Shown here: one piece after another, positions 54,691 to 64,000 of the stretch
Position numbering within the stretch: the first letter of the stretch is position 1
How the letters are laid out: every line of letters begins with the position of its first letter
Assembly (NCBI GenBank): GCA_965602225.1
Contig: CBFCYE010000012.1
Span: 11,177 to 75,176, forward strand
DNA length: 64,000 nt
Reading direction: 5' to 3'
DNA from: an uncultured Gammaproteobacteria bacterium
Lineage (GTDB): Bacteria; Pseudomonadota; Gammaproteobacteria; Tenderiales; Tenderiaceae
Program-made: the position numbers and the translations under genes
Notes under the pieces: generated by a model
Seen by the model: only the letters and a program-made list of their open reading frames with translations
Database searches by the model: none
What the model was told of the DNA's origin: nothing

Positions 54691-56058
54691 ATGGGTTTAA
54701 GTGTTGTGATTCTCGCAGCTGGTCAAGGTACGCGGATGCGCTCAGCCTTGCCAAAGGTTTTGCACCAGCTGGCTGATAAGTCATTGTTAGAGCATGTCAT
54801 TAATAGTGCCAAAGAATTAGGTGCTGACGATATTCATGTTGTCTATGGCCATGGTGGTGATGCCGTTCCTGATGCCCTCTCCCATTGCGATGTCGACTGG
54901 ATTAAACAAAAGCAGCAGTTAGGGACTGGACATGCCGTCGCTCAGGCTGTTCCGCATATTCCCGCTGAAAGGCAGGTGCTTGTTCTCTATGGCGATGTAC
55001 CGCTGACATCCGTAGAGACACTAAAAAACTTGATTGAACTGGGCCGGCAGAGTGGTTTTGGTTTGCTGACAATTTCGCTTGAGGATTCTAGCGGTTACGG
55101 CAGAATTGTTCGGGATGAAACAGCTGCAGTTAAACGCATTGTTGAACACAAGGACGCGACAGAATCAGAGCGCCAGATTAAAGAGGTTAATACCGGAATT
55201 CTTGCCGTATCTAGAGAAAATCTAGCAAGATGGCTGGAGCAGCTAGATAACAATAATTCACAGGGTGAATATTATCTTACTGATATTATTGCCATGGCAG
55301 TTGCTGATGGTATTAAGGTCAATACGGCTTCACCTGCAAATGAGCATGAAGTGCTAGGGGTGAATAATAAACGTCAGTTAGCTGAGCTTGAACGAGCCTA
55401 CCAGCTTGCCGCAGCGAATAAACTTATGGATGCTGGTGTTGGTTTGCGTGACCCCGCGCGGCTAGATATTCGTGGCAATGTCAGCTGTGGTAGAGATGTA
55501 AGTGTTGATATCAATGTCATCTTTGAAGGTCAGGTGGATATTGGTGACAACGTTAACATTGGTCCCAATTGCCTGATTATAAATAGCAGGATAGAAGCTG
55601 GCGCAAATATCATGGCTAACACAGTGATAGAAGACTCTGTAATAGGAAAGAATTGTAGTGTCGGTCCATTTGCTAGAATAAGACCGGAAACAGAGCTGGC
55701 TGAAGCTAGTCGTGTCGGCAACTTTGTTGAGATAAAAAAGGCCAAGATTGGTGCGGGTTCAAAGGTTAATCATTTGAGCTATGTTGGTGATTCAATTGTT
55801 GGCAAGGATGTAAATATAGGTGCCGGAACAATCACCTGCAATTATGACGGTGCAAACAAGCATCTTACCGAAATTGGTGATGGTGTATTTGTGGGATCTG
55901 ACACGCAGTTGGTGGCTCCAGTTAAGATAGGCGCCGGTGCAACCATCGGTGCGGGCTCTACAATCACCAAGGATGTAGAGGCAGGCTCGCTTACTTTAAG
56001 CCGACCGAAGCAGATGTCAAAGAGTGGCTGGAAGCGGCCACAGAAAAAGAAAGATTAA
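54691..56058 (+). CDS. glmU: bifunctional UDP-N-acetylglucosamine pyrophosphorylase / glucosamine-1-phosphate N-acetyltransferase
   Basis: LAAGQGTRM N-terminus and C-terminal left-handed beta-helix hexapeptide repeats. Confidence 0.96.
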   Translation: MGLSVVILAAGQGTRMRSALPKVLHQLADKSLLEHVINSAKELGADDIHVVYGHGGDAVPDALSHCDVDWIKQKQQLGTGHAVAQAVPHIPAERQVLVLYGDVPLTSVETLKNLIELGRQSGFGLLTISLEDSSGYGRIVRDETAAVKRIVEHKDATESERQIKEVNTGILAVSRENLARWLEQLDNNNSQGEYYLTDIIAMAVADGIKVNTASPANEHEVLGVNNKRQLAELERAYQLAAANKLMDAGVGLRDPARLDIRGNVSCGRDVSVDINVIFEGQVDIGDNVNIGPNCLIINSRIEAGANIMANTVIEDSVIGKNCSVGPFARIRPETELAEASRVGNFVEIKKAKIGAGSKVNHLSYVGDSIVGKDVNIGAGTITCNYDGANKHLTEIGDGVFVGSDTQLVAPVKIGAGATIGAGSTITKDVEAGSLTLSRPKQMSKSGWKRPQKKKD

Positions 56059-56073
56059 CGGAAGGTCAGAATT

Positions 56074-57906
56074 ATGTGTGGCATTATTGGCGCAGCTGCT
56101 GAAAGAGATGTAGTTCCTATCCTGCTTGAAGGTCTGCGAAGGCTTGAATATCGTGGTTATGACTCTGCAGGCCTGGCTTTAATTGACGATTCAAATAACG
56201 TTGATCGTGTTCGTGCTGTAGGTAAGGTTGCTGAGTTAGAAGCTGTTCTCAAGCAGAACCCTGTGTCAGGTAAGACCGGCATAGCACACACCCGCTGGGC
56301 GACTCACGGCAAGCCAAGCCAAGCCAATGCCCATCCACATGTATGCAGAAAAACTGTCGCAGTGGTTCATAACGGCATCATTGAAAACCATGAATTACTG
56401 CGTAAGTCGCAATCAGAGAGTGGTCATGCATTTACATCAGAAACTGACACTGAAGTAATTGTTCACCAGATTTATGATTATCAACAACAAGGCAAAGACT
56501 TGCTTGAGGCCGTAAGATTAACAACGGATGATTTGCATGGTGCCTATGCGCTAGGTGTTATTAGCAATAAAGAAAAACATAGAATTATTGCCGCAAGACG
56601 AGGCAGTCCATTGGTGATAGGTGTAGGCATCGGCGAACATTTTATTGCTTCAGACGTCGCCGCCTTATTGCCTGTGACACAACGTTTTATCTTTCTTGAA
56701 GATGGCGATATTGCAGATATACGTCGTGATGCTTTGACTATATATGATATCAATGGCGAGGTGGTTGATCGGCCATTAAAGGTGTCAGAGTTAAGTGCAG
56801 ACGCGGCTGATCGCGGTAAGTACCGCCACTACATGTTAAAAGAAATCTTCGAACAACCACGTGCGGTTGCTGAAACACTAGAGGGTCGTATCAGTGGTGG
56901 TACTGTTTTGGAAGAATCTTTTGGTCATGGTGCAAAAGAGATTTTAGATGGTGTAAAGGGCGTTCACATTATCGCCTGTGGCACTAGCTACCATGCCGGT
57001 ATGGTAGCCCAATACTGGCTCGAGTCTATAGCTGGTGTGCCTTGTTCAGTCGAGGTCGCAAGTGAGTTCCGCTACCGTCACCCAATTGCCAGACGTAATT
57101 CATTGGTCGTGGTGATTTCGCAGTCGGGTGAAACAGCCGATACCTTGGCTGCGCTCCAAGAAGCAAAAAGGCTTGGCTTTGGTCATTCAATGGCTATTTG
57201 CAATGTGCCTGAGAGTTCTATGGTTCGTGAAACAGATTTGGCATTGATGACGCGTGCCGGACCGGAAATCGGTGTTGCATCAACAAAGGCATTCACTACT
57301 CAGCTGGTAGCCTTGATGTTGTTAGTCATTGCCCTGGGTAAGCGAAATGGCATGGCGGCACAGACGGAGATCAGCCTGGTTGAGCAGTTGAAAAGTCTGC
57401 CAAAAAGAATTGAAGATGTACTAGAACTGAATGATGAAATAGAAACCTTGGCCGAGTTCTTTGCCAATAAAGAGAACGCCCTCTTCCTTGGCCGTGGCGC
57501 GCAGTACCCAGTGGCAATGGAAGGTGCGCTGAAATTAAAAGAGATTTCATATATTCATGCCGAGGCCTACCCTGCTGGTGAATTGAAGCATGGCCCGTTG
57601 GCGCTGGTTGATTCGGAGATGCCAGTAATTGCGGTGGCACCAAATAATGAGTTATTGGAAAAGTTGAAATCGAATCTACAGGAAGTTCGTGCGCGCGGCG
57701 GCGAGTTAATCGTTTTTGCTGATGAGCAGGCGGGTATGAAGGTCGAGGATAATGTCCGTGTAATCACCGTTGCACCTACAGATGATGCCATTGCTCCGAT
57801 TATTTATACCGTCCCATTGCAGTTACTTTCATACTATGTCGCGGTACTAAAAGGCACGGATGTTGATCAGCCACGCAACCTGGCAAAATCAGTAACGGTT
57901 GAGTAA
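56074..57906 (+). CDS. glmS: glutamine--fructose-6-phosphate aminotransferase
   Basis: MCGIIGA N-terminal nucleophile, two SIS domains and a C-terminal ...SVTVE. Confidence 0.97.
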   Translation: MCGIIGAAAERDVVPILLEGLRRLEYRGYDSAGLALIDDSNNVDRVRAVGKVAELEAVLKQNPVSGKTGIAHTRWATHGKPSQANAHPHVCRKTVAVVHNGIIENHELLRKSQSESGHAFTSETDTEVIVHQIYDYQQQGKDLLEAVRLTTDDLHGAYALGVISNKEKHRIIAARRGSPLVIGVGIGEHFIASDVAALLPVTQRFIFLEDGDIADIRRDALTIYDINGEVVDRPLKVSELSADAADRGKYRHYMLKEIFEQPRAVAETLEGRISGGTVLEESFGHGAKEILDGVKGVHIIACGTSYHAGMVAQYWLESIAGVPCSVEVASEFRYRHPIARRNSLVVVISQSGETADTLAALQEAKRLGFGHSMAICNVPESSMVRETDLALMTRAGPEIGVASTKAFTTQLVALMLLVIALGKRNGMAAQTEISLVEQLKSLPKRIEDVLELNDEIETLAEFFANKENALFLGRGAQYPVAMEGALKLKEISYIHAEAYPAGELKHGPLALVDSEMPVIAVAPNNELLEKLKSNLQEVRARGGELIVFADEQAGMKVEDNVRVITVAPTDDAIAPIIYTVPLQLLSYYVAVLKGTDVDQPRNLAKSVTVE

Positions 57907-57924
57907 AAAGCCCTTAAGTTGAGA

Positions 57925-57952
57925 GAAATGGTAGAAAATGGTAGAATCGTGC
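57925..57952 (+). repeat. short tandem direct repeat downstream of glmS
   Basis: AATGGTAGAA occurs twice in tandem, followed by a degenerate third copy AATGGTAGAAtcg. Confidence 0.5.
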
Positions 57953-58110
57953 TTGATTTTGGCCCTAGTTGCGTCAAATAGAGAGCAAAGTGAGTATCAG
58001 TTACTAGTGTAACGAGAGCTTTGAACCATTTCCTATTCTGGGGCAGGTATTCCCAGTCTCACTGTGTTTTTCCCTTAATAAGGTTTTAGCAAGTGTAAAT
58101 TGCTAGCCCA

Positions 58111-58386
58111 ATGGGAAAAATAATCATAGATTTTAGTCGGAGCAAGGGCGTGAAAATGGATAAAACTAGAATTTTTTATTGTGAACCGCAAAAGGCCTTT
58201 ATGAGTATTGGCAATTGCATGGATCTACGTAGCAGGCCTGTAGGTAAGGCTGCAGCAGGTAGTCAGCCAAAGATGATTGCCTGTGAGCGTTGCAGTATGT
58301 TTAAGATGGTTGATAAAAACAAAGTTGGCACCGTGAGTGTCACAGACTATCTGGATGGTGGCCGTCCAGACAGTATTTCTCTCTAA
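58111..58386 (+). CDS. hypothetical small Cys-containing protein
   Basis: 91-aa ORF with four Cys (C24, C36, C58, C61), one pair forming CERC. An alternative start is at 58156. There is no recognised domain and coding is uncertain. Confidence 0.3.
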   Translation: MGKIIIDFSRSKGVKMDKTRIFYCEPQKAFMSIGNCMDLRSRPVGKAAAGSQPKMIACERCSMFKMVDKNKVGTVSVTDYLDGGRPDSISL

Positions 58387-58593
58387 TCGTATGCTGGCAT
58401 GTAACGCCAGCCTTTAGTTTGCGATTGCTTAGTATGCAACAAACGCTTTAGTAGCAAGTTAGTAATATCCCCCCTATTCTTTTGCTGGCTTGACAGTTAA
58501 ATTGCCTGCGTGGGATTAGATCTGTTTGATTTTGGGCTACAATCCAGATCAGCAACAAAATCAAGCAGCTCATAAAGAGGTCGTAGTAAATTC

Positions 58594-60621
58594 ATGGCGC
58601 AGCTCAATCCCCGCCAGATGCAGGCGGTGCGGCATCTCGATGGCCCATGCCTGGTTCTGGCCGGGGCAGGCAGTGGCAAAACCCGGGTAATCACCCAAAA
58701 AATCGCTTATTTGATCGAAGAGTGCGGTATAGCTGCGCACAATATCGCTGCCGTAACCTTTACCAATAAAGCCTCACGTGAGATGAAACAGCGTGTGGGT
58801 GAACTGATGAAGGGTAAAAATGCCAGGGGTCTGCAGGTTTCAACCTTCCACACTCTGGGTCTAAACATCATCCGTCAGGAGCTCAAAGTTCTGGGCTATA
58901 AGCCCGGCTTTTCCATATTCGATTCCCAGGATAGCGTGGCGCTGATAAAGGAATTGCTGCGACGTGATTATGGCGATGATGGCGGCGTAATCGAACAGAT
59001 GCAAAAACAGATATCACGCTGGAAGAGCGCCCTGATTATTCCGGCAGAGGCACCCGCTGATGCAGGTGATGACGCAACCATGTTAGCGGCAGCGGATTTA
59101 TATGAAAAATATCAGCGTGCGCTTAAGGCATATAATGCCGTCGATTTTGATGATTTAATCTTAGTCCCTGCACGTTTGTTCAAGGATCATCCCGAGGTGT
59201 TGGAGCGATGGCAGAATAAGGTTCGCTATCTGCTGGTGGATGAATATCAAGACACCAATGCCAGTCAATACCAGCTCATCAAAAATCTCACTGGCGTGCG
59301 TGGTGCTCTGACCGTGGTTGGCGATGATGACCAGTCAATCTACGCCTGGCGAGGTGCCGAGCCAGAAAATATGTTGTTGCTGCAAAAAGATTATCCGAAC
59401 CTGAGTGTAATTAAGCTGGAGCAGAATTATCGCTCCACAGGCCGAATTCTTAAGGCGGCAAATGCGCTGATCAAAAATAACTCCCACGTATTTGAAGACA
59501 AGAACCTTTGGAGTGAGCTGGGTTATGGTGACCCGATCAAGGTCATCACCTTGCGAAATGATGAGCACGAAGCTGAGCAAGTGATTTCCGAATTGATCAG
59601 TCATAAGTTTAATAAGCGTACCAAGTTTAGCGACTATGCAATTCTCTATCGTGGCAACCACCAGTCAAGATTATTTGAGCGCGCCCTGCGTGAACAGCAA
59701 GTGCCCTACTATATTAGTGGTGGAAAATCATTTTTCAGCCATTCCGAAATAAAGGATCTTATGTCTTATTTAAGATTGCTGGCAAACCCGGATGATGATG
59801 CAGCCTTTTTGCGGGTGGTGAATACACCGCGACGTGAGCTAGGCCCAACAACCCTTGAAAAACTTGGTAACTACGCCTCAGAGCGAAAACTAAGCCTGTT
59901 TGCAGCCAGTTTTGAATTGGGTCTAGAGCAACGCTTAAATGAAAAAACAGTTACACGTATCCGTCGTTTTACCCAATGGTTGGTTGAAATGGGCGACAGG
60001 GCAGAACGTGGCGATCCCATTGCGGCAGTAAAAGATGTTATATGTGATACAAATTACGAAACCTGGTTGAATGACAGTAGTAAAGACCTGAAGCAGGCAG
60101 AGAATCGCATGGCTAACGTTACAGAGTTAGTTCTTTGGTTGCAGCGCATGCATGAGAATAGTACGGAGGAGAAAAGCCTCGCGGACCTGGTTAATCATAT
60201 GAGTCTGATGGATATGCTAGATCGTAACGACGGTGATGATGTAGGTGATAGTGTTTCATTAATGACCCTGCACGCATCAAAAGGACTGGAGTTCCCGCAT
60301 GTATTTTTGGTCGGGGTGGAAGAAGAATTATTGCCGCATCGTGTCAGTGTTGATGAGGGCAATATTGAAGAAGAGCGACGCCTGGCATATGTTGGTATAA
60401 CTCGGGCACAAAAAACATTGACCATAAGTTTATGTGCGCGAAGAAAAAGAGCCGGTGAGTTACAGGAAATTGATGCAAGCCGTTTCCTTGACGAACTTCC
60501 AGAAGAAGATCTGGAGTGGCGTGGTATCGGACAAAAAATTGATCCACAAGAACAGCAAGAGCGTGGCAAGGCGCACTTGGCTAACCTTAAGGGCATGCTT
60601 ACACCTGGGTCAAAAGAATAA
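58594..60621 (+). CDS. rep: ATP-dependent DNA helicase Rep
   Basis: UvrD/Rep superfamily 1 motifs (AGAGSGKTRV, LLVDEYQDTN, VGDDDQSIYAWRGA). Its 675-aa length matches Rep rather than UvrD. Confidence 0.85.
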   Translation: MAQLNPRQMQAVRHLDGPCLVLAGAGSGKTRVITQKIAYLIEECGIAAHNIAAVTFTNKASREMKQRVGELMKGKNARGLQVSTFHTLGLNIIRQELKVLGYKPGFSIFDSQDSVALIKELLRRDYGDDGGVIEQMQKQISRWKSALIIPAEAPADAGDDATMLAAADLYEKYQRALKAYNAVDFDDLILVPARLFKDHPEVLERWQNKVRYLLVDEYQDTNASQYQLIKNLTGVRGALTVVGDDDQSIYAWRGAEPENMLLLQKDYPNLSVIKLEQNYRSTGRILKAANALIKNNSHVFEDKNLWSELGYGDPIKVITLRNDEHEAEQVISELISHKFNKRTKFSDYAILYRGNHQSRLFERALREQQVPYYISGGKSFFSHSEIKDLMSYLRLLANPDDDAAFLRVVNTPRRELGPTTLEKLGNYASERKLSLFAASFELGLEQRLNEKTVTRIRRFTQWLVEMGDRAERGDPIAAVKDVICDTNYETWLNDSSKDLKQAENRMANVTELVLWLQRMHENSTEEKSLADLVNHMSLMDMLDRNDGDDVGDSVSLMTLHASKGLEFPHVFLVGVEEELLPHRVSVDEGNIEEERRLAYVGITRAQKTLTISLCARRKRAGELQEIDASRFLDELPEEDLEWRGIGQKIDPQEQQERGKAHLANLKGMLTPGSKE

Positions 60622-60672
60622 GCATTTGATATAAGTTATACTAAATAGCATAGATAATGCTGGAGTAAGTAA

Positions 60673-60822
60673 ATGAGCTTTTTCAGTGAGTTGTTATTAT
60701 TTTTGAAAACCAGAAAAAAGCTCTGGCTGTTGCCGATAGTCATTATTTTGTTGCTGCTGGGTGGTTTGATTGTCTTTGTTCAAGGCAGTGCAATTGCACC
60801 GTTTATCTATGCGGTATTTTAA
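60673..60822 (+). CDS. small single-TM protein (DUF5989 / SxtK-like family?)
   Basis: 49 aa, MSFFSELLLFLKTRKKLWLLPIVIILLLLGGLIVFVQGSAIAPFIYAVF, with a GGAG RBS. It is too short for the ORF track. The pattern is recognised from memory of conserved small proteins encoded next to modification-enzyme genes. Confidence 0.55.
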   Translation: MSFFSELLLFLKTRKKLWLLPIVIILLLLGGLIVFVQGSAIAPFIYAVF

Positions 60823-60844
60823 TCCGGCCTATATTCATTTCTAA

Positions 60845-62965
60845 ATGTGTATGAATAATAGACCGCCGCCCTCCCTCCCCCATTCTCTAACCCGATCGAT
60901 AGGCGCAGGCAAGAGCGTTCTTTTTGCGCTGATTATTCTATCTATTTTTTTTGTATCCATAGAGATAATTCTATTTTTGATCGGCGTTCGGCCAGTTATT
61001 GATACGAAAGATCCTCTGGTTGGGTTTTCTGGGAACATTCCCTTGTATGTCGAAACAAGCGCTGAAAATGGTTCAGTGACTATGACAACAGCGGAAAACA
61101 AAACTGATTGGTTTAACAAACAGTCATTCCCAAAGATTAAGCCTAAATATGGTTACCGAATATTTTGTGTTGGTGGCTCGACCACGGTAGGGCGACCTTA
61201 CCGCCATAACACCTCATTTTGCGGCTGGTTGGAACAATATCTCAAACGAAGTGATCCAGGTCGAAACTGGGAAGTGATAAATGCCGGTGGAGTTAGTTAT
61301 GCCAGCTATCGTGTTACCAGGCTAATGACCGAGTTGGTCCAATACCAACCAGATATGTTTATTGTATACAGTGGGCAGAACGAGTTCCTTGAGCATCGTT
61401 CATATGGAAAGCTAAAAGTTCTCCCCTACTGGTTAACATATAGTGACGCAATGCTGAGTAAAACACGCACATATGCCGCAGTGAAGATGGTTGTTGATGC
61501 TGTAGAGAGTGATACCGACCTAAACAACAAGCCTTTTGAGATGAGTGATGAGGTGGATGAGGTTTTGACTCATACGCTTGGGCCGACAAGCTATCATCGT
61601 GACCTTGAGTTAAAGCAACAAATTATTCATCACTATAGGTCGAATCTTGAGCGTATGGTCAATATAGCCCGGCAGGCCGACTCAGAAATTGTTTTTATTA
61701 ATCCGGCATCAAATCTAAAAGATATGTCTCCGTTTAAAAGCGAGCATAAAGAAGGGTTGTCAGAGAGTTTGCTGAGGGATTGGAATTACTTATATCAAAA
61801 AGGTCACGATAAATTACAGAAAGGTAATTATGGTTCCGCGCTTGAAGACTTTATGCAGGCGCGTGAAGTTGATGATCAGTATGCGGACTTACATTATAGG
61901 ATTGGTCAGGTGCAGTTTGAGTTGGAGAATTATGAGCAGGCAGAAGAGTCATTTTGGCGTGCAGTAGATGAAGATGTTGCACCATTAAGAATATTGAGTG
62001 AAATGCGTGATGTTGTTAGCGATGTGGCTGAATGGAATGCACTGCCATTAATCGATTTTCAGAAGGTAATTAAACGTGCATATGAGGATGAAAATAAACA
62101 TAGTGTGTTTGGCAAGGAATATTTTCTTGATCATGTTCACCCCACCATTAAATCTAATCAATTATTAGGGTTTGAGCTGTTTGATAAGTTGACAACTCTT
62201 AATGTGGTCTCGCCAACAGTCCCCCTGGATGAAAATGATATTGATGACATAACTCAGCAGGTAATTTCAAAAATCGATAAAGAACAGCAGCGCAGGGCCT
62301 TGATGAAGCTAGGGCGCGTATTTGATTGGGCTGGAAAGTTTGAGGAAGCATTTTCAATATTTAAACTGAGTGTTGAGACCGTTAAGGCGGATGCTTTTGG
62401 CTACAATATGATGGCGAAGACAGCCTATCGAGCAGGACAGTATGATGAAGCTGTTAAATATTTTCATGAGGCGTTAAAGATAGATCCAACTGTTGCAAAG
62501 TCATATGCCTTTCTGGGGAACATAATGCGTCAAAAGGTAAGGATTAAGGAGGCTGCTAAATATTATGAAGAAGCCGTGAGATTAAGCATTGATGATGTGA
62601 GCGTTTACATTTCACTAGCTATGATTTTCTCATCACAGGGAGAGCATGATAAAGCGCAGAATTTGTTTGAAATAACCTTAAGGATGGATCCGCATAATGA
62701 GACGGTTATTTTTAATTATGCTGTTATGTTGTCAAAGGCAGGAAAATATGAGCAATCAATTGCTCAGGCAAAAAATCTGATTGACGGAAAAGGTAGTGAC
62801 GCTGAGGTGCATAATATTATTGGCATTGCCTATGCCAAAAAGAACGAATTTGAAATGGCAATGAATCATTTCAATGAGGCCTTAGAGTTAAAGCCTGGCT
62901 TTAAGCCTGCCAGTGATAATCTTGCATCATTAATGGCTGAACGGGAAGCTACAGAACGTGACTGA
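60845..62965 (+). CDS. membrane-anchored SGNH/GDSL-like hydrolase fused to C-terminal TPR repeats
   Basis: It has an N-terminal TM helix, the SGNH block I YRIFCVGGSTTVG and a later DHVHP block. The C-terminal ~330 aa carry TPR-like repeats (AYFLGNIMRQKVRIKEAAKYYEEAVRL...). Confidence 0.65.
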   Translation: MCMNNRPPPSLPHSLTRSIGAGKSVLFALIILSIFFVSIEIILFLIGVRPVIDTKDPLVGFSGNIPLYVETSAENGSVTMTTAENKTDWFNKQSFPKIKPKYGYRIFCVGGSTTVGRPYRHNTSFCGWLEQYLKRSDPGRNWEVINAGGVSYASYRVTRLMTELVQYQPDMFIVYSGQNEFLEHRSYGKLKVLPYWLTYSDAMLSKTRTYAAVKMVVDAVESDTDLNNKPFEMSDEVDEVLTHTLGPTSYHRDLELKQQIIHHYRSNLERMVNIARQADSEIVFINPASNLKDMSPFKSEHKEGLSESLLRDWNYLYQKGHDKLQKGNYGSALEDFMQAREVDDQYADLHYRIGQVQFELENYEQAEESFWRAVDEDVAPLRILSEMRDVVSDVAEWNALPLIDFQKVIKRAYEDENKHSVFGKEYFLDHVHPTIKSNQLLGFELFDKLTTLNVVSPTVPLDENDIDDITQQVISKIDKEQQRRALMKLGRVFDWAGKFEEAFSIFKLSVETVKADAFGYNMMAKTAYRAGQYDEAVKYFHEALKIDPTVAKSYAFLGNIMRQKVRIKEAAKYYEEAVRLSIDDVSVYISLAMIFSSQGEHDKAQNLFEITLRMDPHNETVIFNYAVMLSKAGKYEQSIAQAKNLIDGKGSDAEVHNIIGIAYAKKNEFEMAMNHFNEALELKPGFKPASDNLASLMAEREATERD

Positions 62966-62969
62966 TGGT

Positions 62970-63713
62970 TTAGATGCTTTTTAGTGTTGGTGTCGACAAT
63001 GTAAAGAGTTTCTGCATATCGTCTATTTTCTCTTTAATATTTGAAAAGTCATTTTCTATGAGTTGGTTCTCTAGATCCTCCGCAAGTGAAGATAACTTTA
63101 TTGCGCCTAGATTGGCAGAGCTTGATTTTATGCTGTGCGCCAAACGTTGAACCTCTTGGTGATCTTCTGCATTGCAGGCCTGTTCCATTTGTTCAAGAAT
63201 GTTGTTAGAACTTTTGATGTATATCTGCACAATCTCATCGAAATCATCTTGTAAAGACTCTTTTAATTCATTAATAGCCGCGTAGTCCAAACCAAGTGAG
63301 GTATCACCGGTCATAGTCTTAGCGGTGGCTTCATCTAGCCATTTTTGCAAAATTGAGATCAGATCATTGATGGCAAAAGGCTTTGATAGAAAGTCATCCA
63401 TGCCAGCATCCTTACAACGAATATCATCATTCTCCATTGCGTTGGCAGTAAGCGCGATAATAGGAATGTGGCTGGAGGTTTCCTGTCGGCGGATTTCCTC
63501 TGTGGCAAGATAGCCATTCATTACAGGCATTTGACAATCCATAAGTATTAAATCAAAAGAGTTATCTTGCCAAAGTGTAATGGCCTCTTCACCGTTGTAT
63601 GCGACTTCGAATGATATTCCCAGCTTCTTTAGAATTGAACATGTTAGTTTTTGATTGACAAGATTGTCTTCAACAACCAGTACCTTGCCTGAAAGTTGTA
63701 CATTCATAGCCAA
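62970..63713 (-). CDS. response regulator receiver fused to HPt domain
   Basis: The receiver has VLVVEDN, DLILMDCQMPVMNG and the conserved T/K. The C-terminal HPt has HSIKSSSANLGA. Confidence 0.8.
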   Translation of the reverse strand: MAMNVQLSGKVLVVEDNLVNQKLTCSILKKLGISFEVAYNGEEAITLWQDNSFDLILMDCQMPVMNGYLATEEIRRQETSSHIPIIALTANAMENDDIRCKDAGMDDFLSKPFAINDLISILQKWLDEATAKTMTGDTSLGLDYAAINELKESLQDDFDEIVQIYIKSSNNILEQMEQACNAEDHQEVQRLAHSIKSSSANLGAIKLSSLAEDLENQLIENDFSNIKEKIDDMQKLFTLSTPTLKSI

Positions 63714-63747
63714 GTGCCTGCCAGGTATGTTTTGGTGGTGCAGGCTT

Positions 63748-64000
63748 TAGTTTTTGATTTCATAAACGGCTTCAACAATGTTGCCATTGCCCTTGTAAAT
63801 AAGTGATTTGCATAGTTCGTTGATCAATTTAATTCCACGACCGCAATATTTATTTGTTTCACTTTGGATATTGTTTATTTTGACTACATCGAATCCTGGG
63901 CCACTATCTTCGATGCTAATATGTATGTTTGCACCATCAGGTGTGGGGCTGCATTTAATGCGGATGTGGATATAGCCATCAGAAAGTTGTGAGAGTCTAT
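63748..64000 (-). CDS. sensor histidine kinase, C-terminal HATPase fragment (5' end outside the window)
   Basis: The reverse-strand translation ends ...EAVYEIKN* and contains G-box-like segments (IEDSGPGFD). It lies immediately upstream of the REC-HPt gene on the same strand. Confidence 0.55.

Overview
This 64-kb window covers the chromosomal replication-origin neighbourhood of a Gammaproteobacterium of roughly 48% GC. On the minus strand it runs from the glk 3' end through gyrB, recF, dnaN and dnaA. On the plus strand it continues with rpmH, rnpA, yidD, yidC and mnmE. About 32 kb of more variable genes follow, then mnmG, a DUF302 gene, rsmG, parA, parB, the complete atpIBEFHAGDC operon with an extra atpZ-like gene, glmU, glmS and rep. 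A phosphorelay module lies at the right edge. No tRNA or rRNA genes, CRISPR arrays, transposases or integrases were found. The strongest candidate for an undescribed system is a translationally coupled MoxR / DUF58 / TgpA transglutaminase / gamma-glutamyl(amine) cyclotransferase operon. The other candidates are a four-gene cluster of lipobox proteins (two LPP20-like, one LpoB/FlgO-like, one TPR-like), a periplasmic Tat-metallophosphoesterase / c-type cytochrome / DUF1566 trio, an operon of a binding protein, an ALDH/LuxC-like enzyme and a hybrid kinase, and a lysine-catabolism cluster. A DnaA-box triplet with an AT-rich stretch between dnaA and dnaN looks like a Bacillus-type oriC, which is unusual for a gammaproteobacterium. 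All functional calls rest on motif and architecture recognition from the translated ORFs without database searches.
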